The translations under genes were made by a program, and so were the position numbers. A DNA stretch of 32,596 nucleotides from a virus (lineage: Duplodnaviria; Caudoviricetes), in the IMG/VR virus record IMGVR_UViG_3300044759_000110, positions 1-32,596 of that record. One strand, 5' to 3'. The notes under the pieces are model-generated. The model was not told the origin of the DNA. It did not search any database and saw only the letters and a program-made list of their open reading frames with translations. Shown here piece by piece: positions 10,701 to 16,550 of the stretch (position 1 is the stretch's first letter; every line of letters starts with the position of its first letter).

Positions 10701-10918
10701 CGCTGCCTGTCACGATCAGCGGCTCGAACCTGATCGAGGGCGACGCTGTCATCGATGCGGCATCGGCGCAGATCGTCGGCGTCGGCGAGGTCGGCGCGTA
10801 CATTCCGGCAGCACCGCCCGATCCTCCGGGCTCATACCCGGGCACGACGACGTGGGCAGGCTACACGCGCACGCCTTCGCAGCTTCCGCCGCCGTGGTGG
10901 ATGAGGAAGGCTGCATGA
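1739..10918 (+). CDS. Giant modular fibre/adhesin protein (3059 aa)
   Basis: Four GQ(E/T/N)F jelly-roll-type modules, a BNR/propeller-like region (SVNYGQTW), two SPRY/B30.2-like domains, one CBM-like module (NTILNSEEF...GWYRCS...LWGVQLE), two related IDFL..GIETL domains and ~46 Gly/Ala-rich 21-aa repeats. Confidence 0.85.
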   Translation: MGTIAEFTNGTGAAGLVNPTTRAGQEFLTPGYATETNAVMLQLMRSGTPTDNYIAELWSMSGPGGTPVELLRTSRPLAIATVVTGNPTLFGPFVFDVPLSLAASTTYLVALRRESVTDSGNYISIGSNTASGYANGRSYSHNGTAWNIGSAVTDYGFRILETIVPSFSTSIPMVGPFKTSNGPPLAQSVVTTASFQIGYTTTGSQWAGQTFTPATGFTLTAISLWLSRITPAPTYGILITIRSLSPTGTILATSDTVAPATVGSAKSYIRFEFPSGFTFQAGVTYAIRVQTVSLQAGYGYNAGGSNTDVFPGEGSNDNGETGGDLGFVMHGASTDMYYAAGVDDNGTTIRFIKSSDPTAGWTTTASVPLGVPCTSLSAYQQGDTVHFVYGYSNAGNAFLAYQSLDMTLGGLSGNAETILNGVITTGQLGALQHSASVVVRSNGEVVVLHNGVQTKTSGTYRARVYHTRRTAVNTWSAPVQCDSNTAGDFVVRESVLGAGDVVHLFWFNQTIGQGLSRTLSAANALSTVVDCGSVGTSTYDYAADALVEGANTRVAYAYGNSTSNNIGRFLSAAAPSFTTGSQLPAGAAQPARLRHDGTDFWVFFRNSAGSAVNVAKSVNYGQTWDSPATSLVAAVPASRASLSRDGAIYQYGSSIVIPYFVVDGSTWRYNQHVARYIAQADAWNVNDKSTGVTLSNGDKTATTSNGSQYLRSTQGNPSATAAKLYAEFKKELGTSSLTVGFADGDSTLANAAALAATLNINHLSQNGGKIFINSVDTGVNIGTFANGDVACGAWDTSAKLVWFRKNGGLWNNSATADPATGVGGISFPTPPTNSKLLGVIINSGDSLSVRTEVADYTLAPPIGFKSWMGEIIPTAGAWNVSDKDASLSLSGSDKIVTSSVTQSQAIRSTRTIPLGAAEKYYAEYLQDNYVTDHAFGIKQTGNALNIINNGCAILSQMGNVLVDNVSQGSFSGSPSALVDGDIYSVAWNVPAKLIWFRKNALNWNNNASANPATGVGGYSTAAFPAANYALFAQLSGVASKGTLRTEKAEFTLPTPVGFLSWMGETLVIPDMGTLTCGAASVSGVGAATHHGTGTLTAQSVSLVNPGGISGSTGTGALTALWTAPVSANTILNSEEFDNAAWSKTNATVTANAVTAPNSTLTADQIFDDAVASGGHAVSMSRPTVAGQPHTLSVYAKAGTRGFIRLSLSGGTYYSVFDLNAGTLGLTSGLTSRNIEAVGGGWYRCSITITIAGASVTNTIALMPANQVNPNYAGDGSSLYLWGVQLEQASAASAYTKPAGSEISPLTGVGTASWNATGALPAGIAAASGIGEVTTPPAIGVGVLTTGVADLDAFGNVRSTGSGAGGPATIEISGTSTETDWGNQAFGLHRIGQTFLSVAARIDKIAVPLGRLGSPTDDVVVKVYAVDAQHYPATLLGTSNAVAGMSLADNSTPTVEFTFTPQIAVTNGTEYAWVLERTGALDDSNEFLTRLVDPPTYSGGKAIYYNAGVWGDVGPYDMLCTISQYTVGGLQPASASLSGVGISRIVMTGALVQGAGEITGVGFSGATSTSTLLQARMMPLTLGGGISSSTGGSTRTSEIAIDGARTTYVFGTSPQPRVGQNFVSQGEVLTSVTVYVSKNAAPTDSLRVKIQSVDAAHLPSSALVVQSLYITGSTLPTGAPVARTFTFSTPVYLQKGIEYCVIVERTSSANATNNYNISATTNVYAPASFLYMSTSTWLLDDTRDLVVSISQIEGGLFSARGSINGAGIGPAWVGTGALGPSLPPLPDPITLGATISIDFLKRTGWVQGVGNVGIETLLGNDPNYTSSVTGYDPLGITQWGYNHRKGALQQLPAFIGALRDQVLAGNSVIIKFQSDDQPFGEYEEEFDLDIMNTGNDRWAWVAAQGDYVSSGMYWDFGPELGPGAWFFSPLPGLINSFGLTFHKGQNRFETAANNVMSAGSAILGENNAPAANPMRTVILSAWGAIASITVFNTLSLAELQAQTVQRIYNGDPIPSPIAGVGVAHYVATGAFVTARSIVAGAGLVQHAASGTMPAQIASLAGVGTSSSAGTAALPWITPALPPDAIINVDFLTNKGFVAGTGEVGIETLIGSDPETEWALGPTEYDPAYVTQYGYEPYRKPGEVMPAMIGALKTAALGGKSIVIKFQTPPSPPASNWVNVYLMKSMGFDGPFCEGFPVQSNFGTSKWQQQIGDGAWTARAPGNINALGFNVVGPQATGRMDFAAGNFGSGTHAFSAADWSGPLALAMIITYEAITSITVYETLALPALQAKTARTLQVATGSLNYATMTGLGSAVTGVGGTGAFIPADAIAAGAGISGTYGGTGVLTSNASLAGVGKVIATGSGALVVPGVAAMAGVGVVRAVGTAALNAQAAVAVGAGIARHVATGTMPSTYATLAAAGSVVAGPEGTGTFVAQVAKVVASGVAHHIATGALVDQVASITSTGNVRWSGTGAMPAGVAAVAGAGVSSSSVTAASLLAARSQVEGWEGVAIIAGTGALVAQSHTLASSGGVLTSGTGALLDQASALAGAGLSRSLGTGAPISQASVISGAGVSSVAGAGAIIPTTAAVVSGAGIIIPAPSGTGALSSGVSRVTAFGVVERVMTGVLVAQNRVMSSTGGVSRTVGTGAILGTEAAAAGVAVGTSRGTGALVTVSTLAGAGVSRVEGAGALSSGVAAVAGTAVATQLGNGALTASSAAVSGAGFVQHVVVSAALAAQAAQVTAGGLSSSTATAPLQASRSTVQGVQGVMIGLGVGDLQAQSRLMAGAGLVRAIGTGSLSVADSSTVNAVGESDSSGSGVLGCSPSIIEATGKGDIEGTGELEAAGAVLASTGGSVRWAGTGELEAQDRKVVGIGRAIATGTGALQLPTVATVTGTGTTSSRGFGNMTSKRATIYGTAFLSTLGSGELQAQNRKLTGVGRVIATGTGILRQARPDLDGEGLSFSRGTGQIKPRSAQIHAFGVETAYGEGDLVSLPVTISGSNLIEGDAVIDAASAQIVGVGEVGAYIPAAPPDPPGSYPGTTTWAGYTRTPSQLPPPWWMRKAA
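8687..10792 (+). repeat. Uninterrupted array of ~33 degenerate ~21-aa (~63-nt) coding repeats
   Basis: Consensus xxGTGALxAQxAxVxGxGxx; recurring DNA word GGCACCGGCGCG; counted by eye. Confidence 0.85.
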
Positions 10919-11712
10919 CGAAATCGAAAGCGAAGATGCGCGGCTTCATCAGGCAACCAAGCGGGCCGACGCAGCCGCTGCCTGAACAGAAGCCGCCGCT
11001 CGCTTGGATGATCAACCGGCTGCAGGTCGATGCAGAAGGCCAGCCTTTGATGGAGGGCATCTTCTCGAACTACAACGACGACATCCTCGTCGAGGCTGAT
11101 GCGGCAACGCTGGTCGGTCGTGCCTCGAATGTGCGCGGACCGGTCGAGAGAATCGCAATCGGCACAGGGCTGAGCATCGAGAACAACACGCTGAACGCCA
11201 GCGGCACGCCGGGGATACAAGGACCCGTCGGGCCTGTCGGACCGCCGGGACCTGCAGGCGCGTCGTCGTCGATGTTTCTTTATCGCTTCGATTCGAACAC
11301 CGCGTACAACGATCCGGGCGCTGGCCGCATGCGTTACAACGCATCGACGCCAGCGGCGACGACCAAGCTCTACGTTGACCGGCTCACGCAAGACGGTCTC
11401 GATCCGACGGTGATGTTCACGCTTGCGACCTTCGATGACACCTTCATCATTCAAGAGCGCGGCACCTCTGTGCGCTATCAGCAATTCAAGTTGATGGGAC
11501 CCGCGACGATTCTCGGCGGCGATTGGTTCGAGGTGCCGGTGCAATACGTGACGCAGAACGGCGCGAACTTCTCCAACAACATGGAGATCACCGCTCTGTT
11601 GCGCACGATAGGCAAGCAAGGCATTCCCGGCCCGTGGACGCAGATCACGCAGGCAGCATACAACGCACTGTCGCCGCCTGATCCCGCAGTGCTCTACGTG
11701 ATCATCGGATGA
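10915..11712 (+). CDS. Collagen-like fibre protein with C-terminal adaptor motif (265 aa)
   Basis: ATGA overlap with the giant gene; six G-X-Y triplets at 11203-11259; ends TQAAYNALSPPDPAVLYVIIG. Confidence 0.75.
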   Translation: MTKSKAKMRGFIRQPSGPTQPLPEQKPPLAWMINRLQVDAEGQPLMEGIFSNYNDDILVEADAATLVGRASNVRGPVERIAIGTGLSIENNTLNASGTPGIQGPVGPVGPPGPAGASSSMFLYRFDSNTAYNDPGAGRMRYNASTPAATTKLYVDRLTQDGLDPTVMFTLATFDDTFIIQERGTSVRYQQFKLMGPATILGGDWFEVPVQYVTQNGANFSNNMEITALLRTIGKQGIPGPWTQITQAAYNALSPPDPAVLYVIIG

Positions 11713-13193
11713 CGGCGCTCAATCACGCCGACATGATCTTCTACAAAGGCATGGCGGCGGACAGGGTCTACGCCGGATCAGTAAAGGTGTGGGAGAGGTT
11801 CTCTCCGCTCAACTTGACAGGCTGCAAGGTCTGGCTTGATGCATCGAAGCTCGCGGTGCCGAACGGCGCACCGGTGTCGTCGTGGACAAACCTCGCGGGC
11901 TCACCTCACCCGGCGCTGTTGGGTTCGCCTTCGCCGGTGATGATGACCAACGCGATCAACACCAGCATGCCGTGCGTGCGTGTCACGCAAGGGCAGGGAC
12001 GGTGGCGGTTCACTGGTCTCGATCTCGACAGGGAGTACACGGCTTTTATCGTAGCGCGTCGCTGGCAGTTGCGCGGCGGTCGCATCCTCACCTCACTCGG
12101 CACGACCTCGAACTTTCTCATCGGCTGGCATGGCAATGAGTTCGAGTGCATGTATCAGGAGGGATGGTTCAACACGCCGGGACCGACGGGCGGTCTACTC
12201 TCGACGACGGCGTGGCGCATGTACTCTGCGGACGGATCGGCGTCGAACACGTCGCGCCTGTTCGGCTTCGGCTACTTGCTCGGTCAACATCCAACGCCGC
12301 CAGCGAGCAAGGGCTGGGGCGGCACGCTGAACATCAGCGGCTACACCAACGACGTTGATATCGCGGTGTCGCAGCAAGCCGATTGCGATGTCGCAGAACT
12401 GATCGTCTACAACAGGAAGATGCCCGACCTCGAACGACAGAGGGTCGAGAGCTACCTGATGACGAAGTGGAATCCGATCACGGCGTTCAAGCCGACCGAT
12501 CTCGGATCGAACCTCGTCGCATGGTTCGACGCGAAGGATGCAGCGTCGGTGCAGCGTGGCACAGGTCCATCTACTCGCGGCGCTTACTACGGCGTCTACA
12601 ACTGGAAGAACAAGGGCGCGGGCGCGATGACGCTCACGCAATACACCGACGCTTATCGACCGCTCTACACTTCAGGCGTGTCGGTGAACTTCGCTCAGGG
12701 CGAGATCATGAACCCGGCGAACGCACCGGCATCGTTCGATGTCTACGTCGTCAGCCGACCGAATCTCGCAGGTGATTGGCGAACGCTACTGCGCAGTGCG
12801 CAGGGGCACGAGATGATCATCGAGCACAATAGCAATCGGCTCGGTGTCTACACGACGACCGCCTTCAATCCTGCGGGAGCGCTGGAATGGCCGGGCGTTG
12901 ACGGGCTTGGCTTCGCTCGCGTCGCTGCAAGCACTGCCACGCTGATCTCGCGCGACGGCGGACCGCTGACAGCAACGGCCACCGCGCTTCCTGCGGGAAG
13001 CCCGGCGGCTACCATGTTCGGAGGATATGCGAGCGCTCCGCCTTCGCAGCCTTGGGGCAAGGTCTACGAGGTCATCTTCGTGCCGTACAATCTCGAAGGC
13101 GCGCGGCTGATGATCGAAGGCTATCTCATGCATCGGCACGGCTTCGCTTCGCTTCTTCCATCCAACCATCCGTACAAGATCAACCCACCGTAA
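11709..13193 (+). CDS. Tandem LamG/ConA-like domain protein, putative receptor-binding fibre tip (494 aa)
   Basis: Two homologous domains (FSP..L..WLDAS / FKP..L..WFDAK; ELIVY..VESYL / EVIF..IEGYL); N-terminal DRVYAGSVKVW motif. Confidence 0.75.
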   Translation: MTALNHADMIFYKGMAADRVYAGSVKVWERFSPLNLTGCKVWLDASKLAVPNGAPVSSWTNLAGSPHPALLGSPSPVMMTNAINTSMPCVRVTQGQGRWRFTGLDLDREYTAFIVARRWQLRGGRILTSLGTTSNFLIGWHGNEFECMYQEGWFNTPGPTGGLLSTTAWRMYSADGSASNTSRLFGFGYLLGQHPTPPASKGWGGTLNISGYTNDVDIAVSQQADCDVAELIVYNRKMPDLERQRVESYLMTKWNPITAFKPTDLGSNLVAWFDAKDAASVQRGTGPSTRGAYYGVYNWKNKGAGAMTLTQYTDAYRPLYTSGVSVNFAQGEIMNPANAPASFDVYVVSRPNLAGDWRTLLRSAQGHEMIIEHNSNRLGVYTTTAFNPAGALEWPGVDGLGFARVAASTATLISRDGGPLTATATALPAGSPAATMFGGYASAPPSQPWGKVYEVIFVPYNLEGARLMIEGYLMHRHGFASLLPSNHPYKINPP

Positions 13194-13205
13194 AAGGAAA
13201 CGACA

Positions 13206-13517
13206 ATGCCTATCGACCAGAACACACTGAGCAAGCTCGTTGATGAGAAGGTTCGCATGACAATCGGCGAACTCACGATGCAGACCATCGTGCTGAAGAC
13301 GCTCCTCGACATGCAGGGCGAGGTGGTGATGTCGCCGGAGAATCAGCCGCAGACGCCGCACACGCCGCGACCGAATCCGATTCCGCAGCCGATCCCTGCG
13401 GACAATCCGACGCCGCCGCGCACGCAGCCGTCGCCGCCGGACAAGCCGGAATCGCAGCCGACACCGCCGCAGCAAGCGAAGGGCAACGGCAGCCTGCATC
13501 CAATTCGCGGAGCGTAG
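13206..13517 (+). CDS. Hypothetical protein with a short helix and a Pro/Gln-rich tail
   Basis: SD AAGGA upstream; 103-aa ORF in operon orientation. Confidence 0.65.
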   Translation: MPIDQNTLSKLVDEKVRMTIGELTMQTIVLKTLLDMQGEVVMSPENQPQTPHTPRPNPIPQPIPADNPTPPRTQPSPPDKPESQPTPPQQAKGNGSLHPIRGA

Positions 13518-13520
13518 TTC

Positions 13521-14015
13521 ATGGTCAAGGTAACGGTTGACGCCTCGTGGCGCATGGCGCGCGTCGAGTTCAACACGCCTTACGATCCGGGCGGCACCAT
13601 CGTCGGCTTCGGCGAGGTGCTGTTGCAGGACCCGGGCGGCGAGCCATCGCCCGACGCGAGGGTGCTGCGCGTGCGTGGCCGTTCGACCGGCAAGACCTAC
13701 GGCACGATGCAGGGCTCGACCGTCACGCGCGTGCTCGCCGACGTGCTCGATGAAGAGATCGACATCGAGGGCGTCGGCAAGGTGACGTTCTCGCAGGCGA
13801 TGGCTGCAATGGAGATGTTCCTGCAGACGTGGCTGATCGAGGACGAAGAGAAGCCGGAGACCGCCGCAGTGCCACAGGCGGAGGAGCTTACATCGGTGCC
13901 GGTGCTTGGAGCGAAACCGCCGCAGGGCGACGAGCTTCCGAAGCCGCTCGATCCTTTCGCGCCGACCGGACCTGATCCGATTGTCGAGCCGACGCCGCAT
14001 GGAGAGGAGCGTTGA
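13521..14015 (+). CDS. Hypothetical protein (164 aa) with an acidic/Pro-rich C-terminus
   Basis: GGAG upstream; tiles between its neighbours. Confidence 0.7.
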   Translation: MVKVTVDASWRMARVEFNTPYDPGGTIVGFGEVLLQDPGGEPSPDARVLRVRGRSTGKTYGTMQGSTVTRVLADVLDEEIDIEGVGKVTFSQAMAAMEMFLQTWLIEDEEKPETAAVPQAEELTSVPVLGAKPPQGDELPKPLDPFAPTGPDPIVEPTPHGEER

Positions 14016-14019
14016 TGTC

Positions 14020-14310
14020 ATGTCTGATCAACAGCCTGAAGGGAGGGCCAAGAACGTAGGCATGTTCCTGCGCATCATGGATGACCAGCCGCTGTCGCTG
14101 GCGCTCGTGGTGATGAACTTCGTGTTGCTGGGCTTCCTGTTTTATTCGGGGACCTCGCAGCTATCGCAGAGGCAGGAGACCTCTTCGATGATCGTGAAGT
14201 GGCAGCAAGACACCGACAAGCTGATGGCGTCGTGTGTCTCCGCAGAGATCATGAAACTCGTGCTCGACGCCGTGCAGCATAAAGCTCCGCCGGTCGCGGA
14301 GCCGAAGTGA
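14020..14310 (+). CDS. Single-pass membrane protein (96 aa)
   Basis: GGAG upstream of ATG 14020; hydrophobic stretch PLSLALVVMNFVLLGFLFY. Confidence 0.65.
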   Translation: MSDQQPEGRAKNVGMFLRIMDDQPLSLALVVMNFVLLGFLFYSGTSQLSQRQETSSMIVKWQQDTDKLMASCVSAEIMKLVLDAVQHKAPPVAEPK

Positions 14311-14624
14311 TGGTCGAGGTCGCTAAGGGCTGGATCAAGGAAAACTCGACCTTGGTGACATTCCTCGTTGCACAACTATTCGCGATGGGCGCGGGCGCTG
14401 CGTGGATCATTGCCTATAGCGTGAAGCTCGACACCAGAGTCGAGATCATGGAGACGCGCGGCGCAGAGTACAGCGTCGCGCGCATGGCTAAGATGGAAGA
14501 GCGCATCACGATCATCGAACAGCGACAGGCTCGCAACGAAGATCAGATCAAGCGTCTCGTCGATGAGTTTATCAAGGACACGCAACAGCGTGCTCGGCAG
14601 CCGCAGCCGCAGGCTCCTCGCTAA
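14310..14624 (+). CDS. Membrane protein with coiled coil, possibly holin-like
   Basis: TGATG overlap (alternative GTG at 14307); TM segment LVTFLVAQLFAMGAGAAWIIAY followed by a heptad-rich helix. Confidence 0.6.
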   Translation: MVEVAKGWIKENSTLVTFLVAQLFAMGAGAAWIIAYSVKLDTRVEIMETRGAEYSVARMAKMEERITIIEQRQARNEDQIKRLVDEFIKDTQQRARQPQPQAPR

Positions 14625-14641
14625 CTACCAAGGTGAACATC

Positions 14642-15838
14642 ATGAGCAAGAAGAAAACGGACGCCGTGGCGTTCGAAGAGACGGTCATGCTTGACGCATC
14701 GGCCACGAATATCCGCGAGCTTGGTGACGGCTACATCGTTTGCTCGCCGCGCATCGCGCGCACCGGCATCCAGATTTATCAGGGGCGCGAGCTTGGCCGC
14801 CCCGACCTCAAGGAGGTGCGGGTTTATCGCCCGGAGAGCGAGGTCTTCAACAAGGACGCGATCAGCACGCTGGCAGGCAAGCCGGTCACCATCGAGCATC
14901 CGTCCGAACCGGTCACCGCAAGCACGTGGCGCGATGTCGCTGTTGGTCATGTCGGCAACGACATCCTGCGCGACGGCGAGTTCATCCGCGTGCCGCTGCA
15001 TCTGATGGACGGAGAAGCAATCAACGAGGTGCGCAAAGGCCGCTCGCAATTGTCGGTCGGCTATTCCGCAACGCTGTTGTGGCAGGACGGCGTCACACCA
15101 AGCGGCGAACCCTTCGATGTCACGCAGACATCCATTCGTGCCAACCACGTAGCAATTACCCATACGGCTCGTGGTGGACCCAAGCTCCGTATGGGTGATC
15201 GAAAATCACAGGAGAAGCAAATGGCTACCCGTAACATACTGATCGACGGAATCGGCGTGGACCTTGAGGAGCGCGATGCTCAGATCATCGAGCGCAGCCT
15301 CACCAAGCTCAGGGAAGAACTCGCCACAGCGCAGACCGCGCTCGCGACAACGAAGACCACGGCGCAGAACGATTCCGCTACGGCGGCAACGAACCTCGCC
15401 AACGTCAACGCGACCGTCGCGACGAAGGACGCTGAGCTTGCCACGCTGAAGCAACAGCTTGCCGATGCGAAGCTCACGCCGCAGAAGCTCGACCAGTTGG
15501 TCGCTGATCGCGCGCAGACCATGATCCGCGCCAAGGCGCTGGTCGGCGATGCGCTCGTCGTCGAAGGCAAGACCGACGCGGACATCCGTCGTCAGGTCGT
15601 GGCCTCGAAGCTCGGCGAGGTCGCCAAGGATTGGACCGACGATCAGGTCACGGCGTCGTTCAACACGCTCACTGTTTCCGTTGGCGACACCAACGGCAAC
15701 GGCAACCTGCGCCAAGTGGTGAACGTCATTCGCCACGCTGACAACAGCGGCGGCGACAACGTCGCCAAAGCCTACAACGAGTACGACGAAGCTCTCTCCA
15801 ACCGCTGGAAGACCGCAGGCGTTCGGCAGCCTGCCTGA
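14642..15838 (+). CDS. DUF2213-family prohead protease/scaffold
   Basis: IARTGIQIY, VYRPESEVF, GKPVTIEHP, QLSVGY, NHVAI...ARGG motifs; coiled-coil C-terminal half; SD AAGGTGA before ATG 14642. Confidence 0.9.
   Translation: MSKKKTDAVAFEETVMLDASATNIRELGDGYIVCSPRIARTGIQIYQGRELGRPDLKEVRVYRPESEVFNKDAISTLAGKPVTIEHPSEPVTASTWRDVAVGHVGNDILRDGEFIRVPLHLMDGEAINEVRKGRSQLSVGYSATLLWQDGVTPSGEPFDVTQTSIRANHVAITHTARGGPKLRMGDRKSQEKQMATRNILIDGIGVDLEERDAQIIERSLTKLREELATAQTALATTKTTAQNDSATAATNLANVNATVATKDAELATLKQQLADAKLTPQKLDQLVADRAQTMIRAKALVGDALVVEGKTDADIRRQVVASKLGEVAKDWTDDQVTASFNTLTVSVGDTNGNGNLRQVVNVIRHADNSGGDNVAKAYNEYDEALSNRWKTAGVRQPA
15155..15199 (+). promoter_or_regulatory. 13-bp stem-loop inside the protease CDS, upstream of an internal RBS
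   Basis: ATTACCCATACGG (15155-15167) pairs with CCGTATGGGTGAT (15187-15199) with one G-U pair. Confidence 0.65.
15221..15838 (+). CDS. Nested in-frame scaffolding protein (205 aa)
   Basis: AGGAG at 15210-15214, 6 nt before the in-frame ATG at the protease/coiled-coil boundary. Confidence 0.65.
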   Translation: MATRNILIDGIGVDLEERDAQIIERSLTKLREELATAQTALATTKTTAQNDSATAATNLANVNATVATKDAELATLKQQLADAKLTPQKLDQLVADRAQTMIRAKALVGDALVVEGKTDADIRRQVVASKLGEVAKDWTDDQVTASFNTLTVSVGDTNGNGNLRQVVNVIRHADNSGGDNVAKAYNEYDEALSNRWKTAGVRQPA

Positions 15839-15881
15839 TTCCATCGACGCTTAAACCCATCCATCAAGAGGAGTTACGACA

Positions 15882-16496
15882 ATGGCAGACACTAATGTGC
15901 AGGTGCGTCGCACGCCTGATGACATCGCCGGTCAGGTGCCGGAGGTGATCAAGGCTCGACAGGAGATCGTCGAGACGCAGAGCAAGGAGATCGAGGCTCG
16001 CAACAAGGCGGGCATCAATCCTCTCGGCGTGCCGCAGAGCACGTTCCCCGAAGGGATGCGTCAGGGCATCCACGGCATGATCAACCGCATGGTTGATTTC
16101 AATACCGTGACACGCTCGGTCGAAGGCCCGGCGACGGGAATCGGTCCCGGGCGCGTGGTGTCGCAATCGACGGCGTACGACATCAACTGCATTCTCGGCG
16201 GCACGCTCGTGGGCTTCATCGGCTTCACGGTTCTCGACCCGACCAACATCAGCCCCATCGGCTCTGCGGTGCCGGTGGATCATACGCCGCAGTACATGAA
16301 CGTCGGCATCCTCACCAAGGGCGAGATGTTCATCACTGCGACCGTCGCCACGCTTGCTGGTGATCCGGTGCACTTCGGTACGACCGATGGTGTGCTCACC
16401 AACACCGGCGGCATCGGACCCATCGTCGGCGCACGCTGGAAATACTCTCGCCCCGCGAACGAACTCAACGTCGTTCAACTCGGCATCCAGCGCTAA
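15882..16496 (+). CDS. Capsid decoration/cement protein (204 aa)
   Basis: Lies between scaffold and MCP; QSTF...GIHGMI, GIGPGRVV, VGILTKGEMF, GDPV, GARW pattern; SD GAGGAG. Confidence 0.75.
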   Translation: MADTNVQVRRTPDDIAGQVPEVIKARQEIVETQSKEIEARNKAGINPLGVPQSTFPEGMRQGIHGMINRMVDFNTVTRSVEGPATGIGPGRVVSQSTAYDINCILGGTLVGFIGFTVLDPTNISPIGSAVPVDHTPQYMNVGILTKGEMFITATVATLAGDPVHFGTTDGVLTNTGGIGPIVGARWKYSRPANELNVVQLGIQR

Positions 16497-16550
16497 CCCC
16501 GTCACACCGACGTTTCATCCCTCATCGAAAGAACCCGTCAGGAGGCGGAC

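Noticed and set aside
8687-10792. Recurring GGCACCGGCGCG words at ~63-nt spacing as a CRISPR array
   Set aside because: The repeats are short, degenerate and in frame (GTGA); no cas genes are present
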